Notes under the pieces: generated by a model
Database searches by the model: none
Told to the model about the DNA's origin: nothing
What the model saw: the letters and a program-made list of their open reading frames with translations, nothing else
IMG/VR virus record: IMGVR_UViG_3300044693_000272
Reading direction: 5' to 3' (one strand)
Origin: a virus
Lineage: Duplodnaviria > Heunggongvirae > Uroviricota > Caudoviricetes
Length of the DNA: 64,000 bases
Position numbers and translations under genes: made by a program
Shown: one piece after another, positions 19,678-28,619 of the stretch
Position numbering within the stretch: position 1 is the first letter of the stretch
Layout: each line of letters starts with the position of its first letter

Positions 19678-20214
19678 CTACTCAACTTCGTTGGCAACCT
19701 TTTTCTTCTTCATCAACACTTCACGCCACGTCGATTCGAACGGTTCTTCGATGAAGCTCTGGTCGTTCCAGATCAAAGCATTCTTGCACCAGAAATCAAG
19801 GTTCTCAGCATCATTTACATGGTTGGGCTCAGCTGGTGCGGAATCGCCACACCATGCCGAAACGAAAAAATAGTCACCATATTTACCGCGTCGCAATACT
19901 ACAGTGACAAGCGACGTTTCCTGAGGCTCTGCAATTGTGCAACGAGTCGCACGCTTACGATTGACACGATGCGCAAAGGTAGCTGGCTCATCAATACCAA
20001 CAGCAGGAGCAGCAACACACCCTGAATGGCCAATAATGCGACCAAGATCAACAGTTCCCTTCCAGAATTTGGTGTCCACGTACGGCACAACGAGCATACG
20101 AAAGGCCTCGTGCAACAGATGCTCTTCGATCGGATGGGCAGCCATGTGATCGATACCTGCTTGGGTAATGATGATATTACGCTGCGAACCAGATTGGAAA
20201 ACACCAGATTTCAT
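19678..20214 (-). CDS. hypothetical protein
   Basis: 178 aa ORF. Confidence 0.75.
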   Translation of the reverse strand: MKSGVFQSGSQRNIIITQAGIDHMAAHPIEEHLLHEAFRMLVVPYVDTKFWKGTVDLGRIIGHSGCVAAPAVGIDEPATFAHRVNRKRATRCTIAEPQETSLVTVVLRRGKYGDYFFVSAWCGDSAPAEPNHVNDAENLDFWCKNALIWNDQSFIEEPFESTWREVLMKKKKVANEVE

Positions 20215-20259
20215 TGTTCACCTCGTATTTCAAGATGTCAAATTCTAAGTTCAGATGGC

Positions 20260-20293
20260 AAAAAGAGCAAGGGGAATTCCCCTTGCTCTTTTT
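20260..20293. terminator. bidirectional terminator
   Basis: AAAAAGAGCAAGGGG-aatt-CCCCTTGCTCTTTTT. Confidence 0.85.
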
Positions 20294-20297
20294 GTTT

Positions 20298-20382
20298 TGG
20301 TGCGGGTGACGGGACTCGAACCCGTACGCCAAAAGGCGGCAGATTTTAAGTCTGCTGTGGCTACCTATTACACCACACCCGC
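20298..20382 (-). tRNA. trnL: tRNA-Leu(TAA)
   Basis: loop CTTAAAA, long variable arm, CCA. Confidence 0.95.
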
Positions 20383-20400
20383 GTTGATCTTTACTCTATT

Positions 20401-20643
20401 TTACGACAATTCGTAGGTACTGCAACCGCGAATTCGCCACTTTTCCAACTTTGGAGAACCATCTGTGTTCTCATCAACGGCCACATAAGCAACCGTCTTC
20501 AGCAGTTTACATGCACGACGTTCTTCGCCGTTCTGTAGGAGAAGATCGTATTCAAGACCGTGAGAGATGGCCCAAGCGTTCTTCGATCGTTCGACGTAAA
20601 ACGTTTTGCCGTTTTCGATCAATGTAAAGTGACCAGCTTTCAT
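20401..20643 (-). CDS. hypothetical protein
   Basis: 80 aa ORF with SD. Confidence 0.7.
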   Translation of the reverse strand: MKAGHFTLIENGKTFYVERSKNAWAISHGLEYDLLLQNGEERRACKLLKTVAYVAVDENTDGSPKLEKWRIRGCSTYELS

Positions 20644-20670
20644 ACTGTTCCCTTCAGGTGTGTCAACATA

Positions 20671-20994
20671 TCAGTCGTTGATCACAAGAACTGACGTATT
20701 GCGACACTGCGGATATTGGCGCTTGCTTTCTTCCGTAGGATAAAACCGCCAACCTGCGATTTCACGATCTTCGCCCTGTCCGCTGTACTCTTCGTGGTCG
20801 AGATAGTAGACAACTTCTACACCAGTACGATGAGATACAAGCGTGAAGCCTTCGTCAGCGGCATCGTCGTAAACTTGACCCCAGACTTGGATCTTTCCGC
20901 CTTGGCTGAGTGTGGAGATTTCTTCTACCAATGAACCCGTTTCACGTACGAATGTAAAACCTTTGGTCGAAAAGCGCGGTGTGCTGAGCATCAT
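20671..20994 (-). CDS. hypothetical early protein
   Basis: SD CAGGAGG behind early promoter. Confidence 0.7.
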   Translation of the reverse strand: MMLSTPRFSTKGFTFVRETGSLVEEISTLSQGGKIQVWGQVYDDAADEGFTLVSHRTGVEVVYYLDHEEYSGQGEDREIAGWRFYPTEESKRQYPQCRNTSVLVIND

Positions 20995-21014
20995 TAGCGT
21001 TCCCTCCTGATGTT

Positions 21015-21056
21015 TACCATGTTTCATATGGTAGTTTCATATGGCTGGGAAAGCAA
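21015..21056 (-). promoter_or_regulatory. sigma70-like early promoter with palindromic -10/+1
   Basis: TTGCTT-N17-TACCAT-atgaaac-ATGGTA. Confidence 0.7.
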
Positions 21057-21061
21057 GCTCT

Positions 21062-21274
21062 TTATCGAGCCGTTACAACGACTGAACCACGCTTAATTGA
21101 CTGGGGCATCACGTGCGTTGTAACGCCGCTCCGTGCATTGTAAAACTCGATGTCGTCATGACCAACTTTCGTCACGACTGCTGAAATGCTGTAGCTGGGG
21201 TCTTTCGACGAACAGAACACGTTCACACGTTTCAAGTATGTAAGATCGGAAACTTGCAGCTTTTGCTTCTTCAT
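21062..21274 (-). CDS. hypothetical early protein
   Basis: SD AAGGAG behind early promoter. Confidence 0.7.
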   Translation of the reverse strand: MKKQKLQVSDLTYLKRVNVFCSSKDPSYSISAVVTKVGHDDIEFYNARSGVTTHVMPQSIKRGSVVVTAR

Positions 21275-21294
21275 TTACGTTCTCCTTCGGTGTC

Positions 21295-21336
21295 TACCAT
21301 GTTTCACATTGTAGCTTCACATGACGGAGAACGCAA
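21295..21336 (-). promoter_or_regulatory. sigma70-like early promoter
   Basis: TTGCGT-N17-TACAAT-gtgaaac-ATGGTA. Confidence 0.7.
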
Positions 21337-21377
21337 GCATTACGGAGATTTTGAAGCAATTTCGGTGTATCGCATGA

Positions 21378-21623
21378 TCAATTGTTTACTTGTTTTGGTT
21401 CAAAACAGAAAATATCTTCCATAACAAGCGTACCTTTGTCCACTTGTACTGGTGTTGACTTGTAGTATTTTTTCATACCAGCTTGATGCGCAACACGATT
21501 ACCTTCGATTATCTTTCTTTTAATCGCCGGACAAGAACTATGATGCTTTGAACAGCATTCTTTGCCATTTTTCAATGAAAAGTTGGCTTCTCCACCACAA
21601 CCATAAACACATTTACCCATCAC
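21378..21623 (-). CDS. small Cys-rich protein resembling an endonuclease N-terminal Zn module
   Basis: C.YGCG....F..KNGK.CCS.H..SCP. Confidence 0.55.
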   Translation of the reverse strand: MMGKCVYGCGGEANFSLKNGKECCSKHHSSCPAIKRKIIEGNRVAHQAGMKKYYKSTPVQVDKGTLVMEDIFCFEPKQVNN

Positions 21624-21644
21624 CGACTCCCTGTTTATGGTTAT

Positions 21645-21959
21645 TTATTGGTCGCCGAACTCCTCGTCATCTGCTTGGGCACGAGCTTCGTCTAGAACGT
21701 CTTTGCGTAATGCAGTTGAGCGACGTTTGGTCCAACTGTAATCCGCTCCAGTTTCGTCAACACCAGGCTTACCGACACTGTTGGGATTTTCTGACACGAA
21801 CGTGACGAAGCCAACGCTGCCATCTTCACGTTGTTGTTTGCGGAGATCTTCCATGAACTTAAGAGCAGCCGACATTTCATCGGAGCCGAAATGTTTGTGC
21901 TGTGGGGACCAGCCGGGCGCATATTGCTCTAACATATAAGTCCAGTACACCATGTACAT
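21645..21959 (-). CDS. hypothetical protein
   Basis: 104 aa ORF; ENPNSVGKPGVD motif. Confidence 0.7.
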   Translation of the reverse strand: MYMVYWTYMLEQYAPGWSPQHKHFGSDEMSAALKFMEDLRKQQREDGSVGFVTFVSENPNSVGKPGVDETGADYSWTKRRSTALRKDVLDEARAQADDEEFGDQ

Positions 21960-22039
21960 TTAGTTTCTCACTTTTCTGTTTTGACGATTCATTATATGAA
22001 TAATGAGAAGCCAAATCAACTGCAATTATTGCAAAATGG

Positions 22040-22300
22040 TTATTTCACAGAAGTCATGTTATTGTTGAAAAATTCAACTGCTTTGGTTGCTTCTTCTTTA
22101 AAGAAGCCACGCTTTATCATTATACCATCATCATGAATTTTGATAACGAAACCAAATATGTGTTGACGACCGACACCTTGTTCGAATACTACTTGGACTG
22201 TTTTCAGTCCATTGCTCCATCGATAGCAAACGTCATCTGTTAGAAACAACGCGAGCAGATCATTCTCGGTGATCTGCTCGGTAACGTTTTGAATTTCCAT
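22040..22300 (-). CDS. hypothetical protein
   Basis: 86 aa ORF. Confidence 0.6.
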   Translation of the reverse strand: MEIQNVTEQITENDLLALFLTDDVCYRWSNGLKTVQVVFEQGVGRQHIFGFVIKIHDDGIMIKRGFFKEEATKAVEFFNNNMTSVK

Positions 22301-22362
22301 GATTTTCCTGACTTAGTTTGCACGATCCGACTCGGAAAATTTGAAACAAGATTCCAAGTGAT

Positions 22363-22875
22363 TTATGACGCAAGAACCGCATTCAAGGCAGCTATGCGTT
22401 CGTTGATGAAATCACGTTCGATCGTATCGGATTTGAAGGAAATGGTCCGCTTACCAGCTTTGATCGCGTCGATCTTTGTTTGCGCACGGCGAATCGTTTC
22501 TTCAAGATTCGCGATTTCTTCAGCATCGCGGTCGTCGCATTTTTTGCAAGCTTCGTCGAACTTTTTGTTCAAGTATGCACGGATGCCTGCTTCGTTTGTC
22601 GTCCAGTTCCCATAGAAACGGGTGCTATTCCGAGCTATATCGCCCCATTGACGGCCATCCCGCTGATCGTACAGCTTGCGTTTATCGTGATGATCCATGT
22701 TCACACGCTTAGTCACATCAAGTCCGGGCGCAGTTGTGAAACAGTAATCGTCGGCGGCAGTAACGACTTCCTTCTTGAAGTAGTGCAGCGTCTGCTCGAA
22801 ATGGTACACATTGTCCCAGAGTTCGATCGACTCGAAATTGATAACAACGTCACCAACATTAAACTTACGCGTCAT
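22363..22875 (-). CDS. hypothetical early protein
   Basis: SD AAGGAG behind early promoter. Confidence 0.75.
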   Translation of the reverse strand: MTRKFNVGDVVINFESIELWDNVYHFEQTLHYFKKEVVTAADDYCFTTAPGLDVTKRVNMDHHDKRKLYDQRDGRQWGDIARNSTRFYGNWTTNEAGIRAYLNKKFDEACKKCDDRDAEEIANLEETIRRAQTKIDAIKAGKRTISFKSDTIERDFINERIAALNAVLAS

Positions 22876-22892
22876 TGTTTGCTCCTTATCTT

Positions 22893-22933
22893 TACCATAT
22901 TCATATGGTAAGATCAAATGAACATGGTAGCAA
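22893..22933 (-). promoter_or_regulatory. sigma70-like early promoter with palindromic -10/+1
   Basis: TTGCTA-N17-TACCAT-atgaat-ATGGTA. Confidence 0.7.
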
Positions 22934-22941
22934 GGATTTTA

Positions 22942-23376
22942 TTATATCGCTACGGCTACTGAAATCGTATTGTATCGTGTCTTGAGGTGTACAATCAAAT
23001 CATCGTACGCTACAACGCGATATTTGACAGGCGCTTTGCCTTTGAATTCAATCGGTTCAATTAACGTTCCCTTGTACTTCCAGTACGGATTGACCATCGC
23101 TTTCAATTCATTAATCGCTGCTTGATTGGGAGTATCAATGACGAACTCTTTGTATTCAATTCTCCCAAGATGGGGATTGAGCAACAGATTAAGAAACTCT
23201 TGAAGAGTTTCGACGGTGTTGCCCGTGTCGACTAACTTTTGGATCAAGTCTGCATCAACGTGTTCACTAGATTCATATGTACTACCGTATAGCTCGTTTA
23301 ACAGTGCAGAGCGGAACCTTGAATACCGCCGGAATGGGCCGCTCCGTACTGCGTCGTCAATACTTGTGATTTTCAT
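22942..23376 (-). CDS. hypothetical protein
   Basis: 144 aa ORF, SD CAGGAGG. Confidence 0.7.
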   Translation of the reverse strand: MKITSIDDAVRSGPFRRYSRFRSALLNELYGSTYESSEHVDADLIQKLVDTGNTVETLQEFLNLLLNPHLGRIEYKEFVIDTPNQAAINELKAMVNPYWKYKGTLIEPIEFKGKAPVKYRVVAYDDLIVHLKTRYNTISVAVAI

Positions 23377-23438
23377 GAAACCCTCCTGTTTTCCAATATG
23401 ATAAAATCATATGGTGAGGGGGTCAATACCTAGAAGGG

Positions 23439-23514
23439 TGGTCTCCGAAGAGGGACTCGAACCCTCGCTCCATGCTCCCGAAGCATGAGTGCTTGCCGCT
23501 AACACTATTCGGAG
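23439..23514 (-). tRNA. trnP: tRNA-Pro(CGG)
   Basis: loop TTCGGGA, C1-G72, CCA. Confidence 0.92.
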
Positions 23515-23522
23515 TTTTGAAT

Positions 23523-23600
23523 TGGTGGGCGTGGTCAGATTTGAACTGACAATCAACTGATTCTGAATCAGCTAGGTATTCCGGTTCCCGTCACATGCCC
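23523..23600 (-). tRNA. trnL: tRNA with CAG anticodon (Leu) lacking a long variable arm
   Basis: loop TTCAGAA, short variable loop, A73-CCA. Confidence 0.75.
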
Positions 23601-23602
23601 AT

Positions 23603-23938
23603 TTATTTTTTCCGTTTGGCAGTTGCTGATAACCTACCATGAGAACGCCAAACGCTTACCGCAAATCGTTCGACTCCGGCGTCAACACCGTCAATCAAAC
23701 TATAATTCACTTCAATCTCATACAAATGAGTGGCTTTATGTGGGCCATCAATCATATGATTGTATTTAACCTCAGTTACAGCATGTAATACTTGCTTATT
23801 GCTGAATATGCCCTTATGCACAGGGCTGTCAGAATGCAGAAGACAGCAGAGTTGACGGGTTGTTAGATGCCTGATGTTCATTACTTTTACCGTACGCACA
23901 CTAAGCAAGTATGATAAAGCCACCAAGTAACATGTCAA
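23603..23938 (-). CDS. hypothetical protein
   Basis: ORF in gene string; true start uncertain. Confidence 0.5.
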   Translation of the reverse strand: MTCYLVALSYLLSVRTVKVMNIRHLTTRQLCCLLHSDSPVHKGIFSNKQVLHAVTEVKYNHMIDGPHKATHLYEIEVNYSLIDGVDAGVERFAVSVWRSHGRLSATAKRKK

Positions 23939-24324
23939 CTCTTGTTTTCGCTATTCTTTCCGATATGATAGCCGTCACAGCGCATACACTTGTAATTGCT
24001 GAAATAGACACCGCGCTTCTTAGCCATAACTGTGGCAGCTTTCTGCGCTGATGCCTTGGAACCATAGCTGATCTTTGGTTTACCATCTGCATTCTCATGT
24101 GAGCGTCGAGAAAGCAAACCAAAGATGTGACCCTTCCAAAAATTAAGGACCAACCTACGCAGTGGTAGTTGGTCCTTCAGGGCCAGGATAATATTCCTGA
24201 CTTTTAACAATTCATTAATCGCTTGACAAATTCGAAAATTTCGTATGCATGAACGCACGTTTCTTTGTCCCAGTTGGACTCGTTGACGATCCATTCCTTG
24301 AAGTCTTCGAAGGTGGAGAACCAA
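23935..24324 (-). CDS. hypothetical protein with C-terminal Y.C..C.GYHIG module (true start downstream of ORF start)
   Basis: KPKISYGSK..A...A..YKCMRCDGYHIG. Confidence 0.55.
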   Translation of the reverse strand: MVLHLRRLQGMDRQRVQLGQRNVRSCIRNFRICQAINELLKVRNIILALKDQLPLRRLVLNFWKGHIFGLLSRRSHENADGKPKISYGSKASAQKAATVMAKKRGVYFSNYKCMRCDGYHIGKNSENKS

Positions 24325-24449
24325 CCCATGAATGTATCGATCTCATCCTCCTTTATACCATATTGGCTAGCATTCACATCGTTACGTACTTCCGCCACCT
24401 TCATGGTGATGTACTCAAGGCCGAATGTTTGGATTTGCTTTTGATTCAT
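24204..24449 (-). CDS. hypothetical protein
   Basis: SD AGGAGG before MNQKQ. Confidence 0.65.
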   Translation of the reverse strand: MNQKQIQTFGLEYITMKVAEVRNDVNASQYGIKEDEIDTFMGWFSTFEDFKEWIVNESNWDKETCVHAYEIFEFVKRLMNC

Positions 24450-24504
24450 GATCCCTCCTTTGTTGTTCACCGTATAACCATGATGCATTCATCTGGCTGT
24501 GGTG

Positions 24505-24834
24505 TCAACTACAGATCACTTCGTATGAAAAGTGCTTTTCGGGATCAATGCAGTCTTCATCAGGTCGAAGACCATTCCACCAATCCGGTGTGTCGCCAAA
24601 GCTGTATTTGCGACTTGCATAACCATAGAGGAGTGGTTTGCCTTCCAAGGCAGCTTCGACAATACTTTTGACGTAACCATATTCGAATTTATGCTGTTCT
24701 AGCCAACTGCCCAACTTTCGAGTACTGATTCGATATTCAGTAATATCACAACGATATTCTTCTGGTTCCCAATATTCTGGATCGGAATGAAGAATGCGGC
24801 TCTCAGTAATGATCAATATGAAATGCTGATCCAT
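24505..24834 (-). CDS. hypothetical protein
   Basis: 109 aa ORF. Confidence 0.65.
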   Translation of the reverse strand: MDQHFILIITESRILHSDPEYWEPEEYRCDITEYRISTRKLGSWLEQHKFEYGYVKSIVEAALEGKPLLYGYASRKYSFGDTPDWWNGLRPDEDCIDPEKHFSYEVICS

Positions 24835-25079
24835 TATTGTTCCGTAATCGTAACGTTGCTATAAAGTTCGATCACGTTCACATTCTTATCGAAATCGCCA
24901 TCGTACGGATCACGCTTGATGTCAGTCGACACGTTGAGAATGACGTCAAACAGATTACCGTTGCCATCTTTTAGCAAAACATCGTTAGCCAAATCGCAAT
25001 TGTTAGTGATGTAGTCGATCAATTCTTGACCAGTCATTTCATTCTCCTTGCATTTGTTTACCATGTTCAAATAGTACAT
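24834..25079 (-). CDS. hypothetical early protein (likely start MTGQEL)
   Basis: behind promoter TTGCAA-N17-TACTAT (25071-25099). Confidence 0.6.
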   Translation of the reverse strand: MYYLNMVNKCKENEMTGQELIDYITNNCDLANDVLLKDGNGNLFDVILNVSTDIKRDPYDGDFDKNVNVIELYSNVTITEQ

Positions 25080-25104
25080 TCATTTGAACATAGTTGCAAG
25101 ACGT

Positions 25105-25542
25105 TTATGCAAGCTTGCGGGCATTACGTTTTTTCTTATATGCCGGCTTACCGCTCATCAACATGATCGCGCGCATGAACTCATCCATGGCGAGAAATGT
25201 GGTAAGCTTCATTTCTTCACCAGCAAAGCGGACCTTGTTTTGTCCGCCACCAGAAACGTTGCCTTCATATTTGTTCCAGATAAAACGTGCATCAGATTGA
25301 TCACCAACATACGCGATAAACCGGGTCAACGTAGTCATCTCTCTACTGTCTGCGTAACGGAGATGAGCAACAAACTTAGTTGCTTTCATGAACGTGAGTT
25401 CAAGCCCCGCAACTGCTAGAATTGCTTTGATCGCTTCGTAGTTGGCTGTTTGCAGTTTGAAGTTGAAGTCTTTCGGATGACCTTCAAAAATTTCAAGTAC
25501 CGTTCCAGCATCTTCATACGTGAAATTATTTCCGTAGGCCAT
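25105..25542 (-). CDS. hypothetical protein
   Basis: 145 aa ORF, SD AAGGAG. Confidence 0.75.
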   Translation of the reverse strand: MAYGNNFTYEDAGTVLEIFEGHPKDFNFKLQTANYEAIKAILAVAGLELTFMKATKFVAHLRYADSREMTTLTRFIAYVGDQSDARFIWNKYEGNVSGGGQNKVRFAGEEMKLTTFLAMDEFMRAIMLMSGKPAYKKKRNARKLA

Positions 25543-25614
25543 GTTTTCTCCTTACTGTTGTTAACTATGTAACGATTCTACGTTCATATGAACGAAACAG
25601 CAAGGTTTGAATGA

Positions 25615-25703
25615 TGGTGCCCAAGAGGGGGCTCGAACCCCTACGCCCTAAACGGGCCACGGACTCTCAATCCGTGATGTCTACCAAATTCCAACACTTG
25701 GGC
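25615..25703 (-). tRNA. trnL: tRNA-Leu(GAG)
   Basis: loop TTGAGAG, long variable arm, CCA. Confidence 0.93.
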
Positions 25704-25760
25704 ATAAAACAAAAGAGCCACATGTGGCTCTTTTGCGCAAATTTATTATTCCAGCTTTGT

Positions 25761-26057
25761 TTAGCTGAACGTGGTTTCGAACGCGATCTCACTTACTGCG
25801 TCGTGTGCTTGTTCGCGCGTCGACCAAGGACCTTCCCAACCACGCGATCGTGAGCCACCGAACTTTCCGTAAAAACCCGGTTTACTGGTAAACTGTTCCA
25901 GTGTAACAAGGGGGAACATCTTGTCCACCTGCTCTTGCGTCTGGCCTAGCTGCATCCAGTTATCACGAAGCTTTTGCTGAACTTTGTTGTAGGAATTGAC
26001 ATCAGCTTTGGTCAATTCCGACGAATGCTTGACGGTTACCTTGGGCAGCTTCTTCAT
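25761..26057 (-). CDS. hypothetical early protein
   Basis: SD AAGGAG behind early-type promoter (26077-26117). Confidence 0.7.
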   Translation of the reverse strand: MKKLPKVTVKHSSELTKADVNSYNKVQQKLRDNWMQLGQTQEQVDKMFPLVTLEQFTSKPGFYGKFGGSRSRGWEGPWSTREQAHDAVSEIAFETTFS

Positions 26058-26124
26058 CTACTTGCTCCTTGTTGTTTACCATGTATCAAATGATACACTC
26101 ATCTGGCTAGGATGCAAGCATTTT

Positions 26125-27111
26125 TCACTTCGTTTTTACTCGATAGTCTTTTACGATGACACCGTGTTCAGCTTTACTGCGCATATGTGAATGCCACCAG
26201 AATATTCCAGTTTTTCGGCGTTTAAAATGCCCGCTCACCGTATGTAACCTTGGTGGATTTCTAAGCCATTGCTGGATGGCAGCATTACGTCTACCATGCC
26301 CTGACGGTATGTCACGTATCGCATTACCGAGAAAGATATCGAGCACTTTGTATTCGAAAAATGGTGGCTTACCAGTTTTACGTCTTTTTCGATTCAACTT
26401 CTCTGAAGGTGTTATCGAAATCTCATTCACATTACGAGCATTGATCGCTAACAATGTCGCAATCGTGACTGTTACTTCTTCATGACAGTCACGAGCCATC
26501 GTATTCATATCAACACCAGCTGCTTTGTTCTGTCGAATAGCATCTGGATGCAAAGGTATCCAAGCCGACTTGAAAGAAGATCGTTGTCGCCCTTCAATAG
26601 TTATTAGTTCAACTTCATTAATGCGAGGGATCCAGATACCAATAGGTGAAGGTACCCACAAATCCATTTCATCATAATACGACACGGGTTGTACTAACAC
26701 ACCGTCAATTGAATCATTTCTTGTAACAGTTTTCACTATCGATTCAAGAGGACCAAGTGCTTCACCATCAGTGACAACAATCAAACGTTTTGATGACGGG
26801 GTAATTGAAGCCATCGAACTATTTGAACCGTAAAATTCATTTGTACCTGATATCAACCGCTCATTCACAGTGTTGACAGTTTCATATTCAAACACCATGA
26901 CGGGGTACGGGCATTTCGTGAGTCTAAAAAGGTCAGTGTCTATGTTCGACACACCAACTTCACCGTGCAACGGTAGGAGAAACTTCACACCATAACGTAG
27001 TTGATCAATAAGCAACTCAATAGCAACTGCGTCATTTTTCAACTCAGGTTTACGAGCTGAAATTGCTGATAACCGTTGTAAGAACTCAATCGCATCTGAG
27101 ACGAAGTTCAT
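26125..27111 (-). CDS. conserved phage protein with C-terminal R.H.V.GH motif (paralogue of 40467-41495)
   Basis: PRLHTVSGHF..W..HMR...G.IVKDY.V. Confidence 0.8.
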   Translation of the reverse strand: MNFVSDAIEFLQRLSAISARKPELKNDAVAIELLIDQLRYGVKFLLPLHGEVGVSNIDTDLFRLTKCPYPVMVFEYETVNTVNERLISGTNEFYGSNSSMASITPSSKRLIVVTDGEALGPLESIVKTVTRNDSIDGVLVQPVSYYDEMDLWVPSPIGIWIPRINEVELITIEGRQRSSFKSAWIPLHPDAIRQNKAAGVDMNTMARDCHEEVTVTIATLLAINARNVNEISITPSEKLNRKRRKTGKPPFFEYKVLDIFLGNAIRDIPSGHGRRNAAIQQWLRNPPRLHTVSGHFKRRKTGIFWWHSHMRSKAEHGVIVKDYRVKTK

Positions 27112-27186
27112 TTAAGTTGACCCATAGACGATGTGTATCGTTTATGATACACTCATATGAATTTTACTGCAAAGCTTTTTGTTTAC

Positions 27187-27261
27187 TGGTGGACCGTCGG
27201 GGATTCGAACCCCGGACTCCTGCGTGCAAGGCAAGTGTGTTCCCAATTATACCAACAGCCC
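27187..27261 (-). tRNA. trnA: tRNA-Ala(TGC)
   Basis: loop CTTGCAC, G3.U70, CCA. Confidence 0.95.
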
Positions 27262-27268
27262 ATAAACT

Positions 27269-27345
27269 TGGTCAGAGCGGAGCGACTCGAACGCTCAACC
27301 TTCGGATTCCAGATCCGACCGTCTACCAATTGACATTACGCCCTG
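27269..27345 (-). tRNA. trnP: tRNA-Pro(TGG), C33
   Basis: loop TCTGGAA, CCA. Confidence 0.9.
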
Positions 27346-27360
27346 ATATGAAGTTGTTGA

Positions 27361-27433
27361 GGGGTGACCAATGGGTTTCGAACCCATACTAACAGAGTCA
27401 CATTCTGTAGTGCTACCATTACACTATGGCCAC
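27361..27433 (-). tRNA. trnH: tRNA-His(GTG), no encoded CCA, flanked by 10-bp inverted repeat
   Basis: loop ATGTGAC, C73; GTTGTTGAGG/CCTCAACAAC flanks. Confidence 0.85.
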
Positions 27434-27456
27434 ACCTCAACAACCTCTTTGAGACT

Positions 27457-27530
27457 TGGTACCCCCGGAAGGAATCGAACCTTCGTATTCGGTTTGTAGG
27501 ACCGATGTTCTACCATTGAACTACAGGGGC
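27457..27530 (-). tRNA. trnV: tRNA-Val(TAC), C33
   Basis: loop CCTACAA, CCA. Confidence 0.9.
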
Positions 27531-27666
27531 ATTGAATTATTTTGTGATTCGATAACCGACAAACCATAAATCGATTCTGGCAAACCATTTTCCGTCATGC
27601 TTACCAAAACCAATTCTCAGCATACGATTATTATTGTCAAGTGAAATTTTTGTAATCATATAAATT

Positions 27667-27740
27667 TGGCGGGGACGGAAGGGATTGAACCTTCACCTAC
27701 TGAGTCAGAGTCAGCCATGCTTCCTTTACACCACGTCCCT
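27667..27740 (-). tRNA. trnQ: tRNA-Gln(CTG)
   Basis: loop CTCTGAC, CCA. Confidence 0.93.
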
Positions 27741-27819
27741 ATTAATTGGTCCGGTTACGGGTTCCGGAGTGACGCCCTATCATTGCGTACCGATTTCTGC
27801 GTTATAGCGCATTATTCAT

Positions 27820-27895
27820 TGGGGTGGCTAGTGGGGATCGAACCCACATCTCCGGATTCACAGTCCAGAACTCTAACCATTGAGCTATAGCCACC
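27820..27895 (-). tRNA. trnH: tRNA-His(GTG)
   Basis: loop CTGTGAA, C73-CCA. Confidence 0.95.
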
Positions 27896-27919
27896 ATTGA
27901 CATACTACTCTTTGAAACT

Positions 27920-28026
27920 TGGCAGGGGCACTAGGATTCGAACCTAGATCACGTCCTTGGGATGGAAGAAATGGTTGCTGAAAGGAAAGCCTTTTTACGT
28001 GTGCTGACCAATTACACCATACCCCT
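27920..28026 (-). ncRNA. tRNA-shaped RNA with CAGCAA helix module inserted in the anticodon arm
   Basis: intact acceptor/D/T arms and CCA; CGT-AAAAAGG-cttt-CCTT-TCAGCAA..CC-atcccaa-GGACG. Confidence 0.75.
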
Positions 28027-28035
28027 GTAAAACCT

Positions 28036-28365
28036 TTACTGCTTATCAGGATACTTGGAGTCAAGTTCCTCGATATAAGCAAGTGGGCTCATACCTGGTT
28101 CCAGATCATGAACCTTGCTAAAGCCGTTTTCTATCGTAATAAGTGAATCCTTAGGCTGGACAGCACCTGCATACTTTCGAAAACCAGGCTTATTCATCAG
28201 CTTACCTGTTGCTGGATCCACAGAACCCCACGCCGTCCAATCAGTTTTGCTCTGATTGTCAATCGGTTCTACAAAATACGATTTACCAGTGCGTTGCGAT
28301 ACAACGATGAATCTACCGGTTTCATCTGTATTTGTGAGAAACCGTTTGCGGAGGTCGTGGTCCAT
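28036..28365 (-). CDS. conserved hypothetical protein inside tRNA array
   Basis: TDETGRFIV.S.RTGK.YFVEPI, WGSVDPATGK, ENGF. Confidence 0.8.
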   Translation of the reverse strand: MDHDLRKRFLTNTDETGRFIVVSQRTGKSYFVEPIDNQSKTDWTAWGSVDPATGKLMNKPGFRKYAGAVQPKDSLITIENGFSKVHDLEPGMSPLAYIEELDSKYPDKQ

Positions 28366-28417
28366 ATAATTACCTTACGTTAAAAACTTGGCTGACTTAA
28401 ATGTCAGCCAAGGGTAT

Positions 28418-28536
28418 TGGTTGGGCCGCCAGGAATTGAACCTAGACTTCGTCCTTGTGCATGGATGAATTGAGTGCTGAACGGATCCTTATCAGGATCA
28501 CCTTCTTTACGCGTGCTACCGTTACACTACAGCCCA
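28418..28536 (-). ncRNA. tRNA-shaped RNA with CAGCA helix module inserted in the anticodon arm
   Basis: intact acceptor/D/T arms and CCA; CGT-AAAGAAGGT-GATCCT-gata-AGGATC-CGTTCAGCAC..CC-atgcacaa-GGACG. Confidence 0.75.
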
Positions 28537-28543
28537 ATAAACT

Positions 28544-28618
28544 TGGTGCCCCGAGAGTGAATCGAACACTCATTTCCGACATACCAAGTCGGTGTACTGA
28601 CCTTTATACTATCAGGGC
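28544..28618 (-). tRNA. trnT: tRNA-Thr(GGT)
   Basis: loop TTGGTAT, CCA. Confidence 0.93.
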
Positions 28619-28619
28619 G

